DNA of 49,473 nt from Candidatus Krumholzibacteriota bacterium (GTDB lineage: Bacteria; Krumholzibacteriota; Krumholzibacteriia; Krumholzibacteriales; Krumholzibacteriaceae): assembly GCA_016931295.1 (NCBI GenBank), contig JAFGEZ010000021.1:1-49473 (forward strand), in the 5' to 3' direction. The notes under the pieces are model-generated. The model had not been told where the DNA came from, did no database searches, and saw only the letters and a list, made by a program, of their open reading frames with translations. Shown in pieces: positions 9,478 to 19,315 of this stretch (within the stretch, counting starts at the first letter, position 1; every line of letters starts with the position of its first letter). The translations under genes were made by a program, and so were the position numbers.

Positions 9478-11496
9478 ATGAAAGGCGTCGTACACACGAT
9501 CGGCGAGAGATGCAAGCGGTGCTTCACCTGCGTCAGGGAGTGCCCGGCGCACGCCGTGCGCATCTCCGGCGGCCAGGCGGTGGTCCTCGAGGACCGTTGC
9601 CTGTCCTGCGGCCACTGCGTGAGCGTCTGCAGCCAGGGAGCCAAATCGGTCGAGGACGGCACCGCCCCGACGGCGGCCATGCTCGCCGACCCCGAGACGA
9701 AAACGATCGCGATCCTCGCCCCCTCCTTCCCCTCCTACGTCGATTGCGATCCCCCCGACCGTCTCGTCGGCGCGCTCCGCGCGCTCGGATTCGACGAGGT
9801 GATGGAGGTCGCCTTCGGAGCCGACATGGTCGCGGCCGAGTACGGGCGGATCTACGAGTCGTCCACGGGATCGCAGATCACCACCCCCTGCCCCTCGATC
9901 TACTTCTACGTGTGCAAGTACATGCCCGATCTCATCCCGCGGCTCTCGCCGGTCGTCTCGCCGATGATCGCCATGGCGCGCCTCATCAAGTGGCGCCTCG
10001 ATCCGGAGGCCAGGGTCGTCTTCATCGGCCCCTGCGTCGCCAAGAAGTCGGAGGCGGAGGATCCCTCGGTGGCGGGCGTCGTCGACGCGGTGCTCACCTT
10101 CCGCGAGCTGCGCGGCATGTTCGCCGACCGGGGCATCGACCCGGTGGCCTGCGAGCCGGCCGCGTTCGACGGCCCGGCGGCGTGGCGCGGGCGCCTCTTC
10201 CCCGTCTCGGGGGGGCTTCTCGTCTCCGCGGGGGTCGCCCGCGACCTCGAGGAGAACGAGGTGATCGTGGCCGAGGGGAAGAACCGGGCGATCCCGCTCC
10301 TCAAGAGCCTCGGCGAGGGCGTGATCGAACCGCGCTTCCTCGACATCCTCTTCTGCGAGGGCTGCGTGAACGGCCCCTTCTGCCGCGACCGCGAGGATAT
10401 CTTCAGGAACCGCGACAGCGTGCTGCGGTACTACCGCGAACACCGCGAACGCTTCGACGAGGACGCGTGGCGGCGGAACATGGCCGCGACCGCCGGCATC
10501 GACCTCGGCCGCTCTTTCGTGGCCGACACGCGCCGGCTGCCGATGCCCTCCGAGGAGCAGATCAACGAGCAGCTGCGGCGCATGGGCAAGACGGGACCGA
10601 AGGACGAGCTGAACTGCGGGGCCTGCGGCTACCGTTCCTGCCGCGAGCACGCCATCGACGTCCTCCGCGGGCTCGCCGAATCGGAGATGTGCCTCCCCTA
10701 CACGGTCGACCAGCTCGAGTCGACCCTCGGGCAGCTCGAGGAGAGCAACCGGCGGTTCCGCGACGCGCAGCAGCAGCTCATCCAGAACGAGAAGATGGCC
10801 GCGATGGGCCAGCTCGCCGCGGGCGTCGCGCACGAGGTGAACAACCCGCTCGGCACGGTCCTGCTCTACTCGCACATGATCCTCGAATCCCTCGAGGGGG
10901 AGGATCCCAACCGCGAGGACCTCTCGATCATCGTCCGCGAGACGGAGCGCTGCCGGCGGATCGTGGCCGACCTCCTCGATTTCGCCAGGCAGAACAAGCT
11001 CGTCCTCTCCAACGTCGACCTCGAGAGCTTCCTCCGGGATACGATCGAGCCGTCAGTGCGCGCGCCGGAGAACGCCGCCGTCCGGTTCGATTTCGAGACC
11101 GCCCCGATCCCGGAGATCGCCGTCGACGCCGACCAGGTCCGCCAGGTCGTCCTCAACGTCGTCCAGAACGCCCTCGAGGCGATGGAACGGCGCGGCCGGA
11201 TCGTCGTGCGGCTCTACCGCTCCCCCGACGGCGACCGGGCGGTCATCGAGATCGTGGACGACGGGCCGGGGATCCCCGAGAACGCGCTTTCGAGGATCTT
11301 CACCCCGTTCTTCACGACGAAACCGATCGGCAAGGGCACCGGACTCGGCCTCGCGATCGCCTACGGGATCGTGAAGCTCCACCGCGGCGACATCGCCGCG
11401 CGGAACGGAAACGCCGGGGGCGCGACGCTCCGGGTGGAGATCCCCTACGGTCTCGGCGAGACGGCGGCCGGGGAGGACACCTTCAATGACGGCTAG
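9478..11496 (+). CDS. Sensory (HydS-like, group C) [FeFe]-hydrogenase H-cluster domain fused to a histidine kinase (HisKA + HATPase_c).
   Basis: The N-terminus has 2x[4Fe-4S] ([23 protein letters not shown]). The H-domain has degenerate L1 TTPCPSIY, L2 GPCVAKKSE and L3 FCEGCVNG. An extra Cys cluster CGACGYRSC follows, then a coiled coil. The HisKA H-box is [12 protein letters not shown]. The ATPase N/G boxes are NALEAM, DDGPGI and [10 protein letters not shown]. The RBS is GAGGAGG. Confidence 0.8.
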   Translation: MKGVVHTIGERCKRCFTCVRECPAHAVRISGGQAVVLEDRCLSCGHCVSVCSQGAKSVEDGTAPTAAMLADPETKTIAILAPSFPSYVDCDPPDRLVGALRALGFDEVMEVAFGADMVAAEYGRIYESSTGSQITTPCPSIYFYVCKYMPDLIPRLSPVVSPMIAMARLIKWRLDPEARVVFIGPCVAKKSEAEDPSVAGVVDAVLTFRELRGMFADRGIDPVACEPAAFDGPAAWRGRLFPVSGGLLVSAGVARDLEENEVIVAEGKNRAIPLLKSLGEGVIEPRFLDILFCEGCVNGPFCRDREDIFRNRDSVLRYYREHRERFDEDAWRRNMAATAGIDLGRSFVADTRRLPMPSEEQINEQLRRMGKTGPKDELNCGACGYRSCREHAIDVLRGLAESEMCLPYTVDQLESTLGQLEESNRRFRDAQQQLIQNEKMAAMGQLAAGVAHEVNNPLGTVLLYSHMILESLEGEDPNREDLSIIVRETERCRRIVADLLDFARQNKLVLSNVDLESFLRDTIEPSVRAPENAAVRFDFETAPIPEIAVDADQVRQVVLNVVQNALEAMERRGRIVVRLYRSPDGDRAVIEIVDDGPGIPENALSRIFTPFFTTKPIGKGTGLGLAIAYGIVKLHRGDIAARNGNAGGATLRVEIPYGLGETAAGEDTFNDG

Positions 11497-11614
11497 AACG
11501 ACGGAGAACGCAGCACGACGCACTGCTGAACCGATGGGGACCCGCGCGGCGACTCGGGCCGGATGCCGCGCCGGGTTCCCCCCCACAACGGACCCGGCCC
11601 GAAGGAGACCTGTC

Positions 11615-12016
11615 ATGGCTAAGGTTCTGCTCGTCGACGACGATCCCGATTTCCGGGAAATGGGCACCGAAGTCCTCTCGGCGGCCGGCCACGAGGTCGT
11701 GACCGCGGCGTCCGGCAAGGAAGGATTCGAGGCGGCGCTCCGGGAGACGCCCGACGCGGCCGTCATCGACCTGATGATGGAGACGGTCGACGCCGGCGCC
11801 GTGCTCTGCCGCAAGCTGAAGAACGACGACCGGACGAAGTCGATCCCCCTGCTGATGCTCACCGCCGTCACCGAGGCCACCGGCTTCAAGTTCGGCATCG
11901 ACACCGAGGGGGAACGGGACTGGATCCTCGCCGACGAGTACGTCGACAAGCCGATCCCCTTCCCGGAACTCGTCAAGCGCGTCGGCAACCTCCTGGGCAA
12001 TGCAGCGCGCAGCTGA
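11615..12016 (+). CDS. Stand-alone CheY-like response-regulator receiver domain protein.
   Basis: The sequence reads KVLLVDDDPDF...D...LMLTA...K. The ATG at 11615 follows the RBS GAAGGAG. The ORF-finder frame starts earlier in Arg-rich sequence that is unlikely to be coding. Confidence 0.7.
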   Translation: MAKVLLVDDDPDFREMGTEVLSAAGHEVVTAASGKEGFEAALRETPDAAVIDLMMETVDAGAVLCRKLKNDDRTKSIPLLMLTAVTEATGFKFGIDTEGERDWILADEYVDKPIPFPELVKRVGNLLGNAARS

Positions 12017-13520
12017 GCATACGAGGGCCGTCCGCATCCTCGTCGTCGACGACGAATGGGGGATGCGGACCGGCGCGAAGCGGATCCTCGAGCGGGAAGG
12101 CTACGAGGTGGAGACGGCCGGGGACGGCGCCGGCGCCATCGCGCTGGCCACGCCGGCGCCGTTCGACGTCTGTCTCGTCGATCTCAAGCTCCCCGACGTC
12201 GACGGCCTCACCCTGCTCAAGGAGTTCCACGGGATCGACGCGAGCACGGTCTGCATCGTGATCACGGCCTACGCGAGCCTCGAGACGGCGATCGAGGCGA
12301 CGAGGCGGGGCGCGTGGGACTTCCTGCCGAAGCCCTTCACCCCGCAGGCGCTGCGGGCCGTCGTGGCCCGCGCCGCCGAGCGGCGTCTCCTCCTCGAGGA
12401 GGCCGACCGCCTGCGCCGCGAGCGCGAGGAGCGGCTGCTCGAGCTGGCCGGCGAGCGCAGCCGGACGAGCACGATCCTCTCCAACCTCACGACGGGCGTC
12501 GTCGTCGTCAACGAGGCGGGCGAGCTCGCCCTCTTCAACACGGCCGCCCTGAGCCTGCTCGCCGAGCCCGCGCTCGAGACGGGCGCGGGCTTCCTCGCCC
12601 AGCTGCCGGCCGGGGAGCTGCGCGAGGCGATCGCGCGGCTCCTCGACGGAACGATCGAGGAGGCGATCCACACGACGATCGAGGCCCCCGGCGTCGCCGA
12701 GGGGCAGACGCTCTCGGTGACCGCCGCCCCGGTCCCGGGGCCGAGGGGGGGCATCTCGGGGCGGACGATCAGCATCAGGGACGTCACCGACCGGGCCGAG
12801 CTCGACCGGGCGAAGTCGAACTTCGTCCGGATCGTCTCCCACGAGGTCAAGGCGCCCGTCGGCGCGGTCATCGGGTTCATCGACATGATCCTCGAGGGCT
12901 ACGCCGCCGACCCGGAAAAGCAGCGCGAGTACCTCGCGCGGGCACGCGGCCGCCTCGAGGGGCTCGTGACGATGGTCAAGGACCTTCTGGCGATGACCCG
13001 CCAGGAGACCCGGGGGGCCGGGCGGAGCTTCGAGCCGGTCGACCTGGTCGGACTCGTCCGGGAGACGGTCGCCTCGCTCGAGCCGGACTGGCGGGCGCGA
13101 TCGATCGCCGTCGAGGTGGCCGGCGACGGGGCGCCCCCCGTCGTCGGGGACGAGCCGGGGCTCGGGCAGGTGTTCACCAATCTCCTCTCGAACGCCATCA
13201 AGTACAACCGCCCCGGCGGCCGCGTCACGGTCTCGATGCGCGAATCGGGGGCCGGGGTGGAGACGACCGTGACCGACACGGGCGTCGGCATGGATCGGGA
13301 ATCGCTTGCGCGCATCTGGGAACCCTTTTATCGTATCAAGTCGGCCGAGACGAAGGACGTCCCCGGAACGGGGCTCGGACTCTCCATCGTGCGTGCGATC
13401 GTCGAGACGCACAAGGGCCGCATCGAAGTCACATCGTCACCCGGCGAAGGCACCACGTTCACCCTGTGGTTGCCGCGCGCGCCCGGCGGGGCGGACGGGG
13501 GACCGGAGAACGCCGCGTAA
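12000..13520 (+). CDS. Hybrid two-component protein with an N-terminal receiver, a PAS-like linker and a HisKA/HATPase_c histidine kinase.
   Basis: The receiver is ILVVDDEWGMR...DVCLVDLKLPDVDG...KPF. The H-box is RIVSHEVKAP. The N/G boxes are NLLSNAIKYN, DTGVGM and GTGLGLSIV. Confidence 0.75.
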   Translation: MQRAAEHTRAVRILVVDDEWGMRTGAKRILEREGYEVETAGDGAGAIALATPAPFDVCLVDLKLPDVDGLTLLKEFHGIDASTVCIVITAYASLETAIEATRRGAWDFLPKPFTPQALRAVVARAAERRLLLEEADRLRREREERLLELAGERSRTSTILSNLTTGVVVVNEAGELALFNTAALSLLAEPALETGAGFLAQLPAGELREAIARLLDGTIEEAIHTTIEAPGVAEGQTLSVTAAPVPGPRGGISGRTISIRDVTDRAELDRAKSNFVRIVSHEVKAPVGAVIGFIDMILEGYAADPEKQREYLARARGRLEGLVTMVKDLLAMTRQETRGAGRSFEPVDLVGLVRETVASLEPDWRARSIAVEVAGDGAPPVVGDEPGLGQVFTNLLSNAIKYNRPGGRVTVSMRESGAGVETTVTDTGVGMDRESLARIWEPFYRIKSAETKDVPGTGLGLSIVRAIVETHKGRIEVTSSPGEGTTFTLWLPRAPGGADGGPENAA

Positions 13521-13545
13521 AGCGGCGTGGGGAGGTGGATCGCCG

Positions 13546-14949
13546 ATGACCGGGTTCATCGACGTCGAACGGATCGAGTCGCTGCTCGCCGAGGGACGGC
13601 GTGCCGACCGGCAGACGGTCGAGGACGTGATCGAGCGCGCGGCCGAGAAGGAGGGGCTGACTCCCACGGAGACGGCAGTCCTGCTCGGCTGCGAGGACAC
13701 CGAGCTCTGGGAAGAGATCTACGCCCTCGCCCGGAAGATCAAGGAAGACATCTACGGGCGGCGGATCGTGCTCTTCGCCCCCCTCTACGTCTCGAACCTC
13801 TGCCAGAACGACTGCCTGTACTGCGCCTTCCGGCGGAGCAACGAGGAGTGCGCGCGCATCGCCCTCGGCCCCGAGGAGGTCGCCCGCGAGGTGCGCGCCC
13901 TCGAGAGCGTCGGGCACAAGCGGCTGCTCATGGTCTACGGCGAGCATCCCGCCTACGGCGTCGACTACATGGTCCAGACGATCCGCGCGGCCTACGAGAC
14001 CCGCACCCCGGACCGCCACGGGGAGATCCGCCGGATCAACGTGAACGCCGCCCCCCTGAGCGTCGAGGACTACCGGCGGCTCAAGGAGGCCGAGATCGGC
14101 ACCTTCCAGGTCTTCCAGGAGACCTACCACCCGGGCCGATACCGCGAGGTGCACCCGCCCAACACCCGCAAGGGGGATTTCGAGTGGCGGCTCTACGCGC
14201 TCCACCGCGCGCAGGAGGCCGGACTCGACGACGTCGCCGTCGGCGCCCTCTTCGGTCTCTACGACTGGCGCTTCGAGGTGATGGGCCTTCTCATGCACGC
14301 GCTCGACATGGAGCGCGTCTTCGGCGTCGGGCCGCACACGATCTCCTTCCCGCGGCTCGAGCCGGCGATCAACACGCCCTTCACCGGCTACTCGCGCTGG
14401 AAGACCTCCGACGAGGAGTTCAAGCGGCTCGTGGCCGTCTTGCGGCTCATGGTCCCCTACACCGGCCTGATCCTCACCGCGCGCGAGCGCCCCGAGCTCC
14501 GGCGCGAGTACATCCGCCTCGGCGTCTCGCAGATCGACGGCGGCACGCGGATCGACATCGGCGGCTACGGCAAGGGCCCCGCGACGGTCGAGACGGAGAA
14601 GGAGAAGCAGCAGTTCGAGATCTTCGACAACCGCTCGCTCGACGAGGTCGTGCTGGAGCTGGCGAAGACGGGCTACGTCCCCTCCTTCTGCACGGCATGC
14701 TACCGTTCGGCCCGCACCGGCGAGACCTTCATGGAATTCGCCAAGCACGGCGACATCAAGAACATGTGCCTGCCGAACGCGATTTTGACCTTCAAGGAGT
14801 ATCTCGAGGACTTCGCGTCGCCCGCAACGCGCCTCGTGGGCACGAAGCTCATCGAGGAACTGCTCAGGGGCACGGAGAACGGTCCGCGCTCGGCGCTGGA
14901 GAAGAAGATCGGCCGCATCGAGCGCGGCGAGCGCGACGTGTACTGCTAG
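13546..14949 (+). CDS. hydG: [FeFe]-hydrogenase maturase HydG (radical-SAM tyrosine lyase).
   Basis: The radical-SAM CxxxCxxC motif is CQNDCLYC. The C-terminal auxiliary-cluster motif is CTACYRS...NMC. The RBS GGGGAGG precedes the ATG at 13546. Confidence 0.85.
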   Translation: MTGFIDVERIESLLAEGRRADRQTVEDVIERAAEKEGLTPTETAVLLGCEDTELWEEIYALARKIKEDIYGRRIVLFAPLYVSNLCQNDCLYCAFRRSNEECARIALGPEEVAREVRALESVGHKRLLMVYGEHPAYGVDYMVQTIRAAYETRTPDRHGEIRRINVNAAPLSVEDYRRLKEAEIGTFQVFQETYHPGRYREVHPPNTRKGDFEWRLYALHRAQEAGLDDVAVGALFGLYDWRFEVMGLLMHALDMERVFGVGPHTISFPRLEPAINTPFTGYSRWKTSDEEFKRLVAVLRLMVPYTGLILTARERPELRREYIRLGVSQIDGGTRIDIGGYGKGPATVETEKEKQQFEIFDNRSLDEVVLELAKTGYVPSFCTACYRSARTGETFMEFAKHGDIKNMCLPNAILTFKEYLEDFASPATRLVGTKLIEELLRGTENGPRSALEKKIGRIERGERDVYC

Positions 14950-15932
14950 CGGCGCCTGATCCCCCCGCCGCGCCCGCGGCCGACCGAGAGCCCCAGCTCG
15001 TCGAGGGTCGCCGCGGTGCATTCGCGGCACGACTCGGTCGAGCCGCAGGCGGCCCGCTCGTAGATCTCGTACGCGGCCGCCGCCTCGCGCGGCGTGTAGT
15101 CGATCATGATGACGTTCGCCCCCGATCGCATCGCCCGCGCGCGGGCCTGCCGCCCGTAGACGCACATCGCCGTCGTCGAGGGCATGTGCGCCCCGGGTGC
15201 GACGAGCCGCCCGAGGGCGAGGACGCGCAGGACACGGTCGATGGGGGGCGGATCGAGATCGCCGAGGGGGGTTCCCGCCGCGGGGATCAGCGGCGAGACC
15301 GAGATCATGTCGTAGGGCGTTCGCGCCCAGTCGAGGATGTCGGCGGCGAGATGCTCCGCCGTCTGCCCGGGAAGCCCCACGATGTTCCCGCTCCCCGTCT
15401 CGTACCCGAGGGCGAGGAGGTCGTCGATGCAGCGGCGGCGGTTCTCCCAGCTCATCCCGGGGTGGAGCGTGCCGTAGAGCTCGCGGTCGGCCGCCTCGAG
15501 CTTGAGGAGATACCGGTCGGCGCCGGCCTCGCGCCACGCCCGGTAGACCTCCCGCGGCCATTCGCCCACCGAGAGGGTCACGGCGACGTCGAACCGCTCC
15601 TTGATCGCCGCGACCGTCTGTCCGAGGCCCTCGACGTCGAGACCGGGATGCTCCCCCGACTGCAGGACGATCGTGCGGAAGCCGTCCGCCGCGGCGCAAC
15701 CGGCCCGTTCGATCACCGTCTCCCAGGAAAGGTCGTAGCGGCTGACGAGATCGTTGTCGCAGCGCAGCCCGCAGTAGGCGCAGCGGCCGACGCAGCGGTT
15801 GGAGAACTCGACGATCGCGCGGAGGTGGACGACGTCGCCGTGGACGCGGCGGCGCTCGCGGTCGGCGCGGGCGCAGAGTCCGGCGGTCGCCTCAGCGTCG
15901 TCCAGGAGCCTGATGATCTCGCGCTCGTCCAT
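14946..15932 (-). CDS. hydE: [FeFe]-hydrogenase maturase HydE (radical SAM, BioB-like).
   Basis: The radical-SAM motif is CVGRCAYC, followed by a biotin-synthase-like TIM barrel of 328 aa. The gene converges on hydG with overlapping stop codons. Confidence 0.85.
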   Translation of the reverse strand: MDEREIIRLLDDAEATAGLCARADRERRRVHGDVVHLRAIVEFSNRCVGRCAYCGLRCDNDLVSRYDLSWETVIERAGCAAADGFRTIVLQSGEHPGLDVEGLGQTVAAIKERFDVAVTLSVGEWPREVYRAWREAGADRYLLKLEAADRELYGTLHPGMSWENRRRCIDDLLALGYETGSGNIVGLPGQTAEHLAADILDWARTPYDMISVSPLIPAAGTPLGDLDPPPIDRVLRVLALGRLVAPGAHMPSTTAMCVYGRQARARAMRSGANVIMIDYTPREAAAAYEIYERAACGSTESCRECTAATLDELGLSVGRGRGGGIRRR

Positions 15933-16046
15933 GGGGGGAATATAGCAGAATCGGCCCGCGCGGGCATGCCCCGTCTCGCGTTCCCCCCGCGCGGAATCAG
16001 CTCACGCGCCCCTCGCGGACGCCTTTCGCGGCCATCGCACGTCTTG

Positions 16047-16700
16047 TCAGCGCTCGATCGTCGCCTGCAGGTCGCCTATCGCGCCGAGCGAGCGACCCGT
16101 CGCCCAGAAATGCGGGTTTCCGGCGCAGAACGTGAAGGTGCCGAGCGCCGCCGGATCGACCCGTCCGTCCTTGCCCAGGATCTCCCGGTCCGCCCGGACG
16201 TCGAGTATCTCGCCGATGAACATCACGTGCGAGCCGGCCTCGACGGTCCTGACGACCCTGCATTCGATGACGAGCGGAAACTCGGCGATGACGGGCGCGT
16301 CGACCGAGTCCCCGCGGACGGCGGTGAGCCCGGTCGCCGCGAGCTTGTTTACGTCGCGCCCCGAGACCGTTCCGAAGAAGGCCGCGGCGGCGGCGTGGCG
16401 TTCGGCGGGCACGTTCACCGTGAAGGCGCCCCGCCGCACGATGTTGCCGTAGCTGTATCGCGACTCGCGGATCGAGACGGTCACGCAGGGGGGATCGGAA
16501 GCGCAGACGCCGGCCCACGAGGCCGTCATCATGTTGGCCCTGCCCGCGTCATCGTACGAGCCGATGATCCAGACGGGGGCGGGCGGCGCCAGGGGCCCGG
16601 CGCCGAGGGAGACCTTCTCCGCCCGGATAGCACCCGGCAGAAGAGTCGACGCCGCGAAGGCGGCTGCGAAAAGGGCTGTCAGGCATGGGCGCATGCGCAT
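16047..16700 (-). CDS. Flavin-reductase-like (FMN-binding split-barrel) protein with a predicted N-terminal signal peptide.
   Basis: The core VWIIGSYDDAGRANMMTASWAGVCASDPPCVTVSIRESRYSYGNIVRRGAFTVNVP matches the flavin reductase domain. The N-terminus is MRMRPCLTALFAAAFAASTLLPGAIRA. The real start is internal to a longer Arg-rich ORF listed at 16047..18116. Confidence 0.6.
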   Translation of the reverse strand: MRMRPCLTALFAAAFAASTLLPGAIRAEKVSLGAGPLAPPAPVWIIGSYDDAGRANMMTASWAGVCASDPPCVTVSIRESRYSYGNIVRRGAFTVNVPAERHAAAAAFFGTVSGRDVNKLAATGLTAVRGDSVDAPVIAEFPLVIECRVVRTVEAGSHVMFIGEILDVRADREILGKDGRVDPAALGTFTFCAGNPHFWATGRSLGAIGDLQATIER

Positions 16701-16810
16701 CGTGCGCTCCTTTCTGCGAACGATCGGGAATGTCTGCAATTCTCCGCTCGCCCCGGCTGTACCACCGCGGCGCCTCGCCGCTCCGGCGGATTCCGCCGCC
16801 GTCCGGCTTC

Positions 16811-18760
16811 CTACGCAGCGCCTCCCGTGCGCTTCGAGTACTGGTACATGAAGACGCTCAGTGCGGCCAGCATGACGATCGCGACGATCTCGCCGGCGTT
16901 CGCGCCGTAGGAGACGGCGAGGAAACGGTCCCACTTGAGGGCGGCGATCACCGCGGCGACGACCCCGGCGATCGAGCCGCCGGCGATGAACCCGCTCGCC
17001 ACGAGGATGCCCCGCTCCTTCCGTTCCTTGGCCGTCTTCTCCACGCGCGAGGACCGCCCGACGAACCAGGAGACGATCCCGCCGAGGAGCACCGCCGTGT
17101 TGAGCTGGATCGGCAGGTACATCCCGAGCGCGAAGGCGAGGGCCGGCACGCCGCTCATCGCGAGGATCACCGATATGATGACGCCGAAGGAGAAGAGGAT
17201 CCACTGCACGCCCGCCTCGGGCCCCATCAGCCCGTAGATGATCTCCTTCATCGCCGAGGCCTGGGGCGCCGGCATCTCGAGCGAGCCGAGCTCGTAGGTG
17301 TTCGCGAGGAGCATCATCGCCAGGGCGCAGAAGACGGCCGAGACGAGGATGCCGACGAACTTGTACGTCTGCTGCCTGCGCGGCGTCGCCCCGATCCAGT
17401 AGCCGATCTTGAGATCGGTGGCGAAGGCGCCCGCGACGGCGAGCGAGGTGCAGACGACCCCGCCGATGATCATCGCCACGAACATCCCCGGCTTCCCGGA
17501 GAGACCGATGCGGGTGAGGATCACGCTCGTGATGATCAGCGTGGCCAGGGTCATCCCCGAGACGGGGTTGGTCCCGATGAGCCCGATGGCGCGCGCGGCG
17601 ACCATCGTGAAGAGGAAGGAGATCCCCAGGGCGATGAGGACGCCGATCGTGGCGACGAGGGAATTCGCCACCCCGCCCCGGAAGAAGAGCCACAGGCAGA
17701 CGGCGATCGCGACGATGCCGATGAGGACGTCGCGCATGTGCATGTTGCGCTCGGTCCTGATCTCCTCGTGCTCCTCCCTGCGGCCCGCGGCGATCCCCCT
17801 GATGCCGAGCGCGAAGCTCTGTCCGATCGAGGGAAGGGAACGGACGATCCCCATGAGGCCCGCCCCGGCGATGCCCCCGATCCCGATCAGGCGGACGTAC
17901 TCCACGAAGATGTCGTCGACGCTCATCCCGGCGACGGCCGTCCCGCCCGCGACGAACCCGCCGATGTAGTGGACGAGGGGAACGAGGACGAGGAAGGAGA
18001 GGAAGGAGCCCGCGGCGATGATCGACGCGTACTTGATCCCGACGATGTACCCCAGGCCGACGATCGCGGAGAGCCCGTCGATGCGGAAGGCCATCGAGAA
18101 GCGCTCCTCGATCCACCGACCGACGCCGACGGCGTGGAAGGTGATGATCTCCCGCCAGAAGCCGAAGGTGAGGATGCAGAGATCGTAGACGAATCCGACG
18201 ACGGCCGCCCAGACGAGGGTGACGGCCTGCTGCCCGGCACTCTGCCCGGCCACGAGGATCTCGGTGGTGGCCATCGCCTCGGGGAAGGGGAGCTTGCCGT
18301 GCTCGTTCACCATCAGGTAGTTGCGCAGCGGCACGATGAAGAGCACGCCGAGGCAGCCGCCGAAGAAGGCCGTGAGGAAGATGTGCCAGAATGAGACATC
18401 GACGTCGAGCATGTAGAGCGCGGGGATCGTGAAGACCGCGCCCGCCACCACGGCGCTCGACGCGGCGCCGACCGACTGGATGATGACGTTCTCGAGGATC
18501 GTGTTCTTGCGCGCGAAGAGGTTCGCGAGGCCGATCGCCAGGATGGCGATCGGGATCGCGGCCTCCATCCCCTGCCCCGTCTTGAGGGCGAGGTAGGCCG
18601 AGGCGAGCGAGAAGACGATCGCCATGACGACGCCGATCGCGAGCGAACGGACGGTCACCTCGAAGGGGCTCGCCGACGCCGGGACGATCGGAAGGTAGGT
18701 CTCGCCGGCTGCGAGCTCCCGGTAGGCTTCCGGGCGCAACTTCGTCGGGGTCTCTGACAT
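16811..18760 (-). CDS. Oligopeptide transporter of the OPT family, a polytopic membrane protein.
   Basis: 649 aa with about 16 hydrophobic helices. The length and pattern fit OPT, for example ...IQSVGAASSAVVAGAVFTIPALYML.... Confidence 0.8.
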   Translation of the reverse strand: MSETPTKLRPEAYRELAAGETYLPIVPASASPFEVTVRSLAIGVVMAIVFSLASAYLALKTGQGMEAAIPIAILAIGLANLFARKNTILENVIIQSVGAASSAVVAGAVFTIPALYMLDVDVSFWHIFLTAFFGGCLGVLFIVPLRNYLMVNEHGKLPFPEAMATTEILVAGQSAGQQAVTLVWAAVVGFVYDLCILTFGFWREIITFHAVGVGRWIEERFSMAFRIDGLSAIVGLGYIVGIKYASIIAAGSFLSFLVLVPLVHYIGGFVAGGTAVAGMSVDDIFVEYVRLIGIGGIAGAGLMGIVRSLPSIGQSFALGIRGIAAGRREEHEEIRTERNMHMRDVLIGIVAIAVCLWLFFRGGVANSLVATIGVLIALGISFLFTMVAARAIGLIGTNPVSGMTLATLIITSVILTRIGLSGKPGMFVAMIIGGVVCTSLAVAGAFATDLKIGYWIGATPRRQQTYKFVGILVSAVFCALAMMLLANTYELGSLEMPAPQASAMKEIIYGLMGPEAGVQWILFSFGVIISVILAMSGVPALAFALGMYLPIQLNTAVLLGGIVSWFVGRSSRVEKTAKERKERGILVASGFIAGGSIAGVVAAVIAALKWDRFLAVSYGANAGEIVAIVMLAALSVFMYQYSKRTGGAA

Positions 18761-18946
18761 GCCGTGTCCTTTCGGTTACGCGGTGCGCTGATCCGGTGTC
18801 ACCGGGTAAGGATAGCCGCCGGAACCGCGGCGGTCAAATGTTTCGGCGGCCGGCGGGCGATCCGGAAATCGTGCGGCAAAACGAAAAAAACGCTTTACTC
18901 GCGTGGGTGTTTCTCCCTATACCGGAATCAGAAAGGAGGTACGTCC

Positions 18947-19150
18947 ATGAAATGGAACCCGGTCGACTGGATCGCCTATATCCTGGTGATCATCGGGGGA
19001 CTCAACTGGGGGCTGTGGGGCGTCGGGCACTGGAACCTCGTCAAGATCATCCTTGGACGAGTGCCGGTCCTCGAAACGATCGTCTACATCCTCGTGGGAC
19101 TCTCCGCGCTGTACCTCATCGTCGTCAGACCGCACCGAAAGACCGCCTGA
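18947..19150 (+). CDS. DUF378 family small membrane protein.
   Basis: The 67-aa product MKWNPVDWIAYILVIIGGLNWGLWGVGHWNLVKIILG has the IIGGLNWGL signature. The RBS AAAGGAGG precedes the ATG by 7 nt. Confidence 0.6.
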   Translation: MKWNPVDWIAYILVIIGGLNWGLWGVGHWNLVKIILGRVPVLETIVYILVGLSALYLIVVRPHRKTA

Positions 19151-19315
19151 TCGTCTGCGGCCGGCCGTGCCGGCCACGGAACGGGGGATGCATCACCCCC
19201 GTTCCCGTTTCTCTCCTCCGGGCCCGGGAAAATTGATTTACTTCCCTCCCGCCATCGGGCATCATCGCACCGTTCCGCGACGATCCGCACACCCCGCCCG
19301 AAGGGAGCAGAATCG

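Noticed and set aside
9454-12037. Minus-strand ORFs 9454-10875, 11053-12000 and 11483-12037, and the alt-frame plus ORF 9510-11489, overlapping the sensor-kinase and receiver genes.
   Set aside because: They are low-complexity and Arg-rich, antisense to genes with strong kinase and receiver motifs.
16047-18116. 689-aa minus-strand ORF listed as one gene.
   Set aside because: Only the 3' 217 codons (16047-16700) encode a recognisable flavin-reductase domain, preceded by a plausible ATG. The 5' portion is Arg-rich and overlaps the OPT transporter gene in another frame.
18893-18923. Sigma-70-like TTTACT-N18-TATACC upstream of the DUF378 gene.
   Set aside because: The 18-nt spacer and weak -10 make it unconvincing. 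Promoter consensus in this lineage is unknown, so it was left out of the features.
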